From NCBI RefSeq assembly GCF_018350175.1, contig NC_058375.1, forward strand, positions 310,001 through 374,000: 64,000 bases of DNA, written 5' to 3'. Of this stretch, positions 1-9,800 are shown piece by piece. The translations under genes were made by a program, and so were the position numbers. Numbering within the stretch: position 1 is the stretch's first letter; each line of letters begins with the position of its first letter. Source of the DNA: Felis catus. Taxonomy: Eukaryota. The notes under the pieces are model-generated. The model saw only the letters and a program-made list of their open reading frames with translations, did no database searches and was not told where the DNA came from.

Positions 1-952
1 CGGGGTTTGCTGGCGTAGATGCGATGGGACCCATCTGGGGCCACAGCAGAATGACCCACACGCTCCTTATCCATTGGACAGAGGCCTCTGAGGCCTACAA
101 GACTAGGACCTGGCATAAATCAACACCCACGTGTGCCCCATTCCAGGCATCTGTCGGGGAGGCAGACTTGGGGGACCCCAAGGCTGTGACCCTGAGCTGA
201 GTGGAGGTCCCCGGGGCAATCTGGGAGAGGAGACTGTGTGGTGCTTGGCCAGAGGGGAGCGGAAGGGCCCGCCCACTGGAGGCTGGTGGGGGGCAGGGGG
301 TTGGAAGCAGAGACCAAGCAAAACCCAGGAGGGACCTTGTGCTGGGTCCAGTAGCCTGGAGGGCGAGAGGCCAGTGAGGGTCCCAGAGAAAGGAGGTGAG
401 GCTCCCGCCCCAGTTGGCCCTGGACCCTGCCCTACCCACCTCACAACGCCCCAGGCCCCAAGAGGATCTGAGCTGCTCCCTCCAGGAAAAGGGTTGACCC
501 CCAGGCAGGGCAACAGGGGGCAGGCCAAGCACATGCTCAGGGGAGGTGTGGGACTGGGGCATAGTCAGAGCCAGGGCCCGAGGGCCAGACAGACCCTGGA
601 CACCCCCACCCCCACCCACATCCTCTCTGAGGAGCACCCTCTCTCTGGATGAAGAAACCCGGGCTGTGACGGGGAACGACACCCCCCCACCCCCTTCCCC
701 AGAGCCGCGTGCGTGCTTGGGGCTCGTATCTGGGCTGCGCCAGTGAGCAGCGGAGCGGCCCCACCCACACAGGCTTTGCAGGACCGGAGACGCCGGTGCC
801 TGCCTGCCTGCCCAGAGGACACGTCTGTACCCTCTACACACGCGTGTTCCTTCTACACCCACACGCCACTTGTGCACAGCTGCTCCCGTGAGCTGTGGCT
901 CGGCCCTGCTCAAACCCCCTGACCTGCTCCGGCCACAGTTGCTGGGACTTAC

Positions 953-1075
953 CACGTGGCTGCGCCTCCTGGCCGGGCGGGCAGGGGTGGTGTTTGCAGG
1001 TGTCACACTGGGGGTCTCCACAGTGGAACTCCGGCTGGACACATGTGCAGTCCCCCTCAGGACAAACCTCCTCAG
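953..1075 (-). CDS. TNFRSF18: TNFRSF18 coding exon 2
   Basis: Acceptor CTCAG| at 1076/1075, donor G|GTAAG at 953/952; 123 nt, in frame with exon 1. Confidence 0.92.
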
Positions 1076-2089
1076 CTGAGCGAGAGAGGGGCCGGCCCTC
1101 TTAGCAGCTGGGCCAAGCGCCTCCCTCCCCAGGACTCCCCCCAGGCCCCGCAGGGGGAACCCTTAGGCAGTCCCGGGGGGCAGAGGGCACCTGTCTGGGA
1201 GCCAGGACCCCAGTTGGGTCCAGCTGTCTCCCTCCTTCCTAGGCACCCAGCTCCCCCACCCGTGTGACTTGGCTGTGTCCCCCACTGCCCTGAGGCTGCT
1301 CTTGCCCAGGGTGGCTGTGACTTGGCAGGAGAACAGAACATGTCCCTGCAGGACAAGGGAGTCATCTGGGGGACCTACGCCCCCTCCTCTCTCCATCCTG
1401 CACGGGCCCCAGCTGCCATAGCCCTTGAGGCAGGCTGCCTGTCCCTGCCTGCCACACTGAGACGCGGGGCCCTCAGACTCCCCTTCTCAGCCCCCAAGAT
1501 CTACCAGGGTGATACTCTGGGGGTGTTTTCCCTGCAATATTTGTCCCCAGACTGCCACCTTCCACTTGCCCCTCACCCATACAGGTAGGTCTGGGGCAGA
1601 ACAGTGCTGCAATCCTGACCTGGGCAGAAAGCGGCCAGGGCGATGGGCGGGGGCTCACTGTCCACGCAGTAGGAGCTGGGACAGCCTTCCTCCGCCTTGG
1701 GACCCAAGACGCCCCTTGAGGAAGGCTCTCCCGCCCATAGCCCCGGACTCCGCCTTTGGGCCACTGGCCTGAGCTGAGCTCCTCTCCGCCACACGCCCCC
1801 TCACCCATTCCCCTGGGACCGAGGGCTCTGGACCCGGAAGGGGTGCCCACCGCCCCTCCCAGGCCGAGGCTGAGCACAGGGAGGGGGCGCGGCGCGGCCG
1901 CCTTCCGAGAGGAGACCGGCTCCCCCGCGCCTTACCCGCGGAGCACAGGCGACAGCAGCGCGCGTCCGTCCCGGCTCCTCGCAGCAGGCGGCCGGGGCCG
2001 CAGCTCGGACCCGAGGGGCGCTCGCCCAGGCCGAGCGCGCAGAGCAACGCCACGCCGCACAGGGCCACGCGCGCGCCCCTCGCCCCCAT
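953..2089 (-). CDS. TNFRSF18: TNF receptor superfamily member 18 (GITR), 5' partial gene (exons 1-2; later exons lie off the left edge)
   Basis: join(complement(1936..2089),complement(953..1075)) gives MGARGARVALCGVALLCALGLGERPSGPSCGPGRLLRGAGTDARCCRLCSAAEEVCPEGDCTCVQPEFHCGDPQCDTCKHHPCPPGQEAQPR: signal peptide plus TNFR cysteine-rich domains with the GITR-typical CVQPEFHCGDP. Adjacent to TNFRSF4 as in human. No exon 3 recognised in 1..952. Confidence 0.93.
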
Positions 2090-2360
2090 GGCCCCCGCCG
2101 CCCCACCGAGCTGCGGGATTTTAGGGGATGCGCCCCGCCACGCCCCCATCCGGACACGCCCAGACCCCGCCCGCGGCCCCCGGGCATCGGCCGCGATGCA
2201 GGGAGGGCACAGAACCGGTGCCCACCAGGACCGCCCCGACCCCTGGCAACTCAATTCCAGGGGCGAGCGGAGCACAGCGGATGGGAGGGGGCGGGGTGTC
2301 AAACTACTCCGTGCGACCCCAGTGGTGGCCGCGCGTCATTACAGCTTTGCCCAAACCACA
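1750..2360. promoter_or_regulatory. CpG-rich TNFRSF18 promoter/exon 1 region
   Basis: Dense CpG; GC box (GGGGGCGGGG ~2287-2296) and RUNX-type AACCACA at 2354-2360 upstream of the ATG. Boundaries judged by eye. Confidence 0.6.
1936..2089 (-). CDS. TNFRSF18: TNFRSF18 coding exon 1
   Basis: ATG at 2089-2087; donor G|GTAAG at 1936/1935; 154 nt, phase 1. Confidence 0.9.
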
Positions 2361-2808
2361 GAGCACAGCAGCGAGCGACCCTTTGTAGACGAGGCACCCT
2401 GGGAGACCATGCCGTGTCCCTGGTGACCAGAGATGGCCCCTGGGGGGGGGGGGGACGATGGTGGGGGCCGGGGCACGTGGGAATCTCTGCAGCTGCGCCT
2501 CAGTTTTCTGTGAACCTGGAAGTGCTCTAAGTAATAATTTTTTTAAGTCAACTGGGCCCAGCTGTATCTCAAGGAGGTGGAGAGCCCAACCTCACAGGGC
2601 GGGGCTGGGGACCTCCAGGAGACTCAGGCTCAGCGGTGACCTTGGGGGTTCCTAAGTGTTCATGCCCTTTGGTCCAGGAATTCCTACCCAGAAACTAAAT
2701 ATGCTGCCAAATGTGTGAGTGCTGAGGAGGGCATGGAACACAGCCTACACCCCCAACTATGTCTGGGGCAGGACCGGAGGGGGGAAGGTCAGAAATGTTT
2801 GCTGTTCA

Positions 2809-2960
2809 GGGGCGCCTGGGTGGCTCGGTTGGTTGAGGGCCGCCTTTTATTTCGGCTCAGGTCACGATCTCACACCGTGCAGTGTGGAGCCGGCTTGGGA
2901 TCCTCTCTCTCCCACTATCTCCGACCCTCCCCGCTCCAATAAATAAATAAACATTTAAAA
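2809..2960 (+). mobile_element. Carnivore tRNA-derived SINE (Can-SINE), short form
   Basis: GGGGCGCCTGGGTGGCTC head, CAGGTCACGATCTC body, CT-rich linker, AATAAATAAATAAA tail. Confidence 0.85.
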
Positions 2961-3199
2961 ACATGTTTTCTATTCAAAACCTGCAGTCTGTCAGGTCTGT
3001 AGGGAGAGATGTAGGCAGGAAGGGTGGGTGACAGATGCAGGTGACGCAGGTACACTGGTGCAGGGACCCCCCCCCCCAGAAGGGTGGTCTGGCCAGGGAC
3101 TGCTCCCTCTCTGTGCCCCCTCCACACCTGGCTTCGTCCCCTACCCTGGATCCAACTTCCTCAGGAGGGCTCTGTGGGCCTTTAAAGATCACATCCTCA

Positions 3200-3410
3200 G
3201 GGCGCCTGGGTGGCTCAGTAGGTTGGGCATCAGACTTCAGCTCAGGTGATGAGCTCGCGGTTTGTGAGTTCGACCTCTGCGTCGGGCTCTGTGCTGACAG
3301 CTGAGAGCCTGGAGCCTGCTTCGGATTCTGCGTCTCCCTCTCTCTCTGCTCCTCTCCCCCTCTCAAAAATAAACATAAAAAAATTTTTTTAATAAAATAA
3401 AAAATAAAGA
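3200..3410 (+). mobile_element. Can-SINE (SINEC_Fc-like)
   Basis: A-box GGTGGCTCAGTAGGTT, B-box GAGTTCGACC, GGGCTCTGTGCTGACAGC core, (CT)n, A-rich tail. Confidence 0.93.
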
Positions 3411-3634
3411 TCTCCTCCAACCACCAGAGAGCGTAGGATGAAGTCCCTTGGCATCCGGGCCCCAGAGACCTACCAGCTCACCGGTCCTTAGCACACAGCC
3501 CAATACCGAGAGGCCCCTCACTTTCCAGGGATCAGGACACCCACACACACACACTTTCTAAGGATCAAGACAAGACCCCTCACTTGGCCAAGAAGGTCTG
3601 ACTGGGCTCCAGATGCACACGGTGTCATCTCACA

Positions 3635-3716
3635 ACACACACACACACACGCACACACACGCACGCACGCACACACATACGCACACACATGCACACACAC
3701 ACAGACACACACACAC
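3635..3716. repeat. Interrupted (CA)n/(CACG)n microsatellite
   Basis: cacacacacacacacacgcacacacacgcacgcacg... read directly. Confidence 0.9.
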
Positions 3717-4029
3717 CTGGACCCTGGACTGCTGCTGTGCGGACATCTTGCTCATGGCTTAGAGCCCCCAGGGAAGCCCCCTCACACCTCCCCACCCAAG
3801 GACCTCTTTGGATCTTGGGAGAGGTTGCTGGCAAGGAGAGGTCTGGGCATGGATTGAGCCTCCAGTCACTTGAAGTTCTGGGTCAGAGGTGGCCTGCTCA
3901 CGTCACAGCTCTAACTGCTGGGCCCATTCGTATCCAGACCCCTCCAGACAAATCTGGTCCTCCTGGAAGTAGGTGGAGGGGCAGCCCCTGACGGAGCTCT
4001 CGAACCACAGAGAACACAGCCTCCAGCTC

Positions 4030-4085
4030 ACTGTCCCTTGTCTCTCTGAGCCTCGGCTTCCCCGTGTGGCACAGAGGGGTTCTGG
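4030..4085. mobile_element. Probable MIR remnant
   Basis: ctctctgagcctcggcttcccgtgtgg resembles the MIR core CTCTCTGAGCCTCAGTTTCCTCATCTG (from memory). Confidence 0.4.
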
Positions 4086-6593
4086 GGCCCTGCCTCCTTA
4101 CTGTAAGCCCCCCTGGAAAGCTCAGCCGTGTTTCCCAGCCCTCCAGCTGAGTCTCGGCAGGGAAGCGGTGAAGACTTCTGAGAATTCTGGGGAGGGGGGA
4201 TCGGGAATGTGCCCCACGGGCTGTAGGTGTGCTGGTAGCTGTGACATAAGCCTTTGAGACCTGCACCTGCCACCTGGCCCGAGGGAAATGACAGGAATTA
4301 GCAACTTGTGACCCAACTGTTCAAGTCCCAGGATGCACAGCCCCTCCCCAGACGGTCAGGCAGGGTCCTGCAGGGAAGGGAGGGGCTCCGGGCTGAGGTA
4401 AGGCCCGCCCTCTCTAAGGAGCCCTGAGATCTCCGCTCAGCTCCTAGACGAGACGGGTCCAAGCGCTGGCCATTGCCGGACACCAGGTAAAGGTGCTCCA
4501 AGTACAGAATGGGGCAGCTCCTTCGTCCACCGCTCATTTCAAAGACCTGAGGGGTCCCGTCTGTGGCAGCGCAGGGTCACCCCGTTTCCGCTAAGCGGCC
4601 CAGGCAAATACAACGAACACCCACAAACTCAGTCGGCCTGTGCCATGCATCAGCTGGTCCTTCCGGAAGCAAGGGCAGAGAAACTTCTGGAAGCAGTTTA
4701 TTGGGGGGGAAGGGGTGAAGGTGGGCTGGCCAGGAGGAGCTCTGTGCAGAAAATGTCCACTGGAGGGGCCCGAGTGGGAGAAGAAGGATCTTCCGTGGTT
4801 ACCAGCCACAGCAGCACAAAAATCAAAGGGCCTAGATTACATCATGCCCACGGGATGGTGGCTCATGAGCAAGCCCCCTCAAAAGGCACGAGTGACATCA
4901 GCAAAATGTCAGTGCCTGCGTCTGCTTTCTCGTTCCAGCCCCTCCGGAAGCCCCCACCCCCCACCCCTAGCCACAGGCTGCGTGGATGAGTAGAGTTTCT
5001 GTAACTGGGCAGTGCGGCGAGAGATGATCTTTATCTGCTCGTCTGCGTTTTCCAATCCTTTATGAGCAGCTCGCCACATTTCTGCACAATCACCTGTTCC
5101 AACCGACACGGTGACCCCTGTTCCTGTCAGCAGAGGGCCCTTTAAGGAGCCAGGCAGTAACCAGAAGGGGGTGGGTGGTGGTGGTGTGGAGATGGGAATC
5201 TCAAAGCCACTCGTACCTGTACCCACAGCGGGCCCGGATGGGGAGCCAGGCGGGGGCGTGGAGGAGGGGCCGTGTGGGAGAAGGAAGCTGGGGACACACC
5301 AGTCGCCGTGCTGAGCGTGTGCCTTTGGGGCTTGTGGGAGGTACCAGCTCAACACCCAGGCTCGGGGGTCGGGCAGGGCCTGGGGTAGATGGAGGCTGGG
5401 GCTTTCCAGCAGACGGGCAGGGGGTGAGGGGTCGGAGAGTTGTGCTCAGGGTCAGTGTGGCAGCAAAGAGGGCTGAGTCTGTCCACCTTCCCGTCCGATG
5501 GCAGAGCTGGGGCAGCCAGGCAAGCGAAGGGCGTCCTGGGTGTGCGGGGGGGGAAGAGCGGGGAGGTGTGGAGAGGAGGCCCTGGGCCCCAAGGATCTGG
5601 CCCCTCCACCAGCCCCACAGCACTTTTCCATAGCCTCCGTGCTGTCCTGGGAACCCCTGATCCCCAAATCAATGGTGTGGATTTGCTGTCGGTTGGAGGG
5701 CACGGTTTACATTGGTTTGTTCCCTGCTGAGTCCCACGCCTGTGGGGACTCGGTGCTGATGAACAAGGGACGGCCCTGTCTCCCCTTGGCGGTGTTCGGG
5801 CCAGGGCGGGAGCACTGGGAGATTTGAAGACAGGCTGAACGGGCCTTTGGGGTGACCTTGGGGAGAAAGATGGCCCAGGAAACAAGGAGGGTTGGTGGCC
5901 AGAGCTGAGGCTTTGCCAAAACCAGGGCTCGGAGTCACCTGCTGGCTGCGGGACGCCCCGCAGCCATGAAGGACATTCGCTCTGTGGCCTGGCGCCCCAG
6001 CGGGAGGGCCCCATGGTCCTGGAAGGCACGCTGAGGTCAGTGGGACTGTGCCGTCGATGGGCATTTGGACAGCCGGCCACCGTGCAGTCCGCCCCTCCAG
6101 AAGCCTCTCGTTTCCCAAAGTGCTGCTGCGGGGACCCACTCGCAGGTCCGGCAGGGCAGGGGGTTTTAGAGGCCTCGAGAAAGAGCTCTCTCCTTCAGGG
6201 GAACACATAAACCCGAAGGGTCGCTCTCAAAAGTCCCCTTGGGGACCAGGGCCTCAGGCCTCCTACTTGCTCCCATTAGCACTGGGGGGGCCTCGGGCCC
6301 ACTCACCCAGGTTTAGGGTCTGGGGGGAGCAGCTCCTGAATTCCCCCCACAAGCTGCTGGGTTGTCCAAACCCCACCCCCAGGATGCTCAGTTAGGCCTC
6401 CACGTCCCACCACAGGTGCTGGGACGTGCCCAGAGAAGGATGAGGGCAGGGGCCCTGGGGTCTCTGAGCAGTCGGCTTGAGCCCCCTCTCCAGCCAGAGA
6501 TGGGCACAGCCCCAGCCCCCGCCCCCCCCCCACCGCACGTGTGCAGCCCCCAGACCACCAGTGCCCGGTCAGAGACCACATGTGCCAGTGTCG

Positions 6594-6599
6594 TTTATT
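6594..6599 (-). terminator. Polyadenylation signal AATAAA of TNFRSF4
   Basis: tttatt on plus, ~200 nt past the TNFRSF4 stop. Confidence 0.8.
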
Positions 6600-6799
6600 G
6601 GGGGGGGGGGGGGCACCACCCTGGGCGGGGAGTATGCACAGCATACATAGCAGAGCCCTGGGTGTCAGCCCAGGAGCACCTAAAACGGCGCGGGGTGGCA
6701 GGGTGGGTGGTGGGAAGGTGGGATGTGGCGGCCCGTGCTTGGGGGTGCCCCACGGCCCCTCAATGTCTAGCAGGCCCTCTGGGCCCCTGGCCTGGCCGC

Positions 6800-6870
6800 T
6801 CAGATCTTGGCCAGGGTGGAGTTGGCATCGGCATGCTCCTCTTGGATGGGGGTCCGGAAGCTATTTCCAC
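6800..6870 (-). CDS. TNFRSF4: TNFRSF4 exon 7 (coding part)
   Basis: GNSFRTPIQEEHADANSTLAKI then TGA at 6802-6800. Confidence 0.95.
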
Positions 6871-9800
6871 CTGGTGAGGAGGAGAAGGGGGGAGGTGGGC
6901 AACGGCCCCACCCCTTCGGGAAGCCGTCTGGGCTGGGGACACACTGCGCACTCACCGGGGGGTAGCCGCCAGGCTCTGTGGTGCAGGAGCAGGGCCAGTG
7001 CGGCCGCCACCGGGGCAAGCAGGCCCAGGCCCAGGCCCAGGACCGCGGCCAGCTGGGGACCTGTGGGGAGGCGGGGCCTGCTGGGGTTGGGGCCACCAGA
7101 GGAAGCAGTCCACCCGCCCCAGGAGGACCCCAATGAGGGCAGAGGGCGTCTCTACCCCATCCTCCCCCAGCCCCCTTCCTTTTTGGACTGGGGGGAGGGC
7201 CCTGCTGGGGCAAGGCCAGGCCCCCTTACCCCTGGGGGGCTCTGCAGGGGGTGTGAAGGGCTCCTGTGAGGTCCTAGGCCAGGCTGTGGTGGGCTGGGTG
7301 GTAGGGGGCCGGACTGGGGGGCCCTGGGTCTCCCAAGGCGTGGTGGCTGGGGGGCTCCTGTCCTCACACACGGCATCTGAGCCTTGGCTGGCCGGCCTCA
7401 GCGTGCGCTTTCCCGCCAAGGTGCAGCTGAGAAGGGCAGGGGGTGTGGATCAGGCCACAGGTCTGCACCACCACCTCCCCTGACTCCTGCCAGACTGACG
7501 GGATAGGCCCAGCACTGAGACAGGACCGGGGGATGTGGGGAGCAGCTGGGGACCCACACTGGATCACCGTGTGGGCCGCCAAAGACCTGCCCAGGCCCCT
7601 CACCGCCCCCCCCCCGGGGGCCTCACACCCTGCAGGGTCTCCAAGGCCACCTGCTCACACCCTCACTCCCCATTTCCCCTCCCTCTGCTCCCCGCAGTCT
7701 CCTCCCAGCCGGCTCCAGCCCAATCTTGCCCTCTCACACCACCGGCTTGTTCGTCTCTTCCTGCCCCCACCACGGAGCCCCCAGCTACAACGGACTGGTC
7801 TCATAAACCCCCAGGTCCTGGGAAAGAGTCTCACACACTCCTCACTCCGGCCCAGCAGCCAGGCTGGTGGAGGAGGCTGGACCCGGGGCTGAGCAGGCAG
7901 GCAGGGGCCATGGTGGGGCCAGGGTCATGGGCCATGAGGAGCAGGAGTCATGAGGGGACCGGGCCATTTGTCAGGGCAGCAGGAGCCAGAAGCACCCCAC
8001 CCCCAGCCGGCAGCTTCCTGCTCCCAGGCCTGGCCCCTTGATCCCCAGGCCCCCAGGACACTCACTTGGTCCAGGGCTTGCAAGCCTGGTCATCACCTGG
8101 GGAGAAATGTCCCGGTGGGCACGGGGCACAGTCTGCAACAAAGACAAGGACAATCTCAGTCCATCTCCTGCCACCTCAGGGACCTGGACGCTGCAGCCAC
8201 TGGGGGCTGGTCCTGGAGGGCTAGGCGCTCACCTACCGTGCCCTCCGGAAGCCCCTCCCTGCCCACATCCACCCACTGGCCAGGACCCGGTGCCCCGCCC
8301 CACCCCCTTCTGGGCACCTGTTTGTTGGGGGAAAGGAACGTGGTGGCAGGACTGGGATGGGGGTACAGGGGAAGTGAGAGCGTGCGATATGGAAGACATG
8401 CTTCTTTTACAGCTCCTGAGGCCCCCCCACGCACGTGACCCTGGCCTCTCACACACACACTGCCCCCCACCCCGCCCGGGGCTCACCGCACACACTGCCC
8501 CCCCACTCCGGGCTCACCGACTCCACGATCGTAACCGTCCTGGGGCTCAGTGCCTGGCCTGCAGCGGCAGACGGTGTCCTGCGTGGGTGTGCATCTCTGC
8601 TTGGGCTCGCTCCCACTTCCTGTGTGTGTGTGTGGGGGGGGGGGTCAGGTGAGGCAGGCACAGCTGGCAGGGATGCAGAGAGGCCGGAGGACAGAAGCCG
8701 AGGGTCCCCGGACCAGCAGCCCCACACACAGCCCCTGGAGGCCATATTCCTCTGGCCCCTAGGGCATCCGGTGGCCGCGGCAGCCTCCCTTCCCACCTTC
8801 CCTCAGGCCTGCACCAGGACCCTACATGGCCCTCGGATCCAGGTCTCGTCACCCCAAAGGCCACCTGGCAGGCACATGCTCCTCCCTGACTCCGCGTGGC
8901 CTCAGCCCCCCTGGGAGGAGGACGGTTCTCCTTGGGGACCTCCGTGGTGTGGCAGCCCCACTGTGGTTTGGGGTTTGTTTCTGTGGTGCTGGGGGCCTCA
9001 CGAGAGCGCTGGGCGGGGCGACGGGACGCAGGTGGGGGGCCAGGGGCCAGGGCCGGGGTGGCGCTCACTCTGGTTGCACTGTGTGCAGGGCTTGCAAGGC
9101 TCGTAGTTCACGGCCTCGTTGTAGAAGCCGGACGCGCACTGGAGGCACTTGGTGTCCTGGTCACCGCTGCAGCGACTCTCCATCCCATAACCTGCAGGAC
9201 GAGGAGGGTGGACTCAGCCTGCCCAGCCTCTGGCCTGGCCACTGTCCTGAGTCCCCTAGTCCGTGACACCTGTGTCCCAGGACCCCATCTGTACATCCCT
9301 GTGTCCCAGGCCCCCGTGTTTCTATCTCCCTCTCCCCGTTCCCCACCCCATGTCTCCCATCCCCATGTCCCTTGTCCCCATGCCCCTGTCCCCCTTTCCC
9401 CATGCCTCCATCCCTATGGCCCTTGTCCCCTTGTCCCCATGTCCCTGTCCCCCTTTCCCCCTCCCCGATCCCCGTGTCTCCATCCCTATGGTCCTTGTCC
9501 CCTTGTCCCCATGTCCCTGTCCCCCTTTCCCTCTCCCCGATCCCCGTCTCCATCCCTATGGCCCTTGTCCCCTTGTCCCCATGTCCCCCTTTCCCTCTCC
9601 CCGATCCCCGTGTCTCCATCCCTATGGTCCTTGTCCCCTTGTCCCCATGTCCCTGTCCCCCTTTCCCTCTCCCCGATCCCCGTCTCCATCCCTATGGCCC
9701 TTGTCCCCTTGTCCCCATGTCCCCCTTTCCCTCTCCCCGATCCCCGTGTCTCCATCCCTATGGCCCTTGTCCCCTTGTCCCCATGTCCCTGTCCCCCTTT

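Noticed and set aside
95-1042. 315-aa minus ORF overlapping TNFRSF18 exon 2, and many similar 60-300 aa ORFs across the window
   Set aside because: Low-complexity Pro/Gly/Arg/Ala products are expected at this GC content, many begin at non-ATG codons, and they show no family motifs. The real exons are in other frames or only partly overlap.
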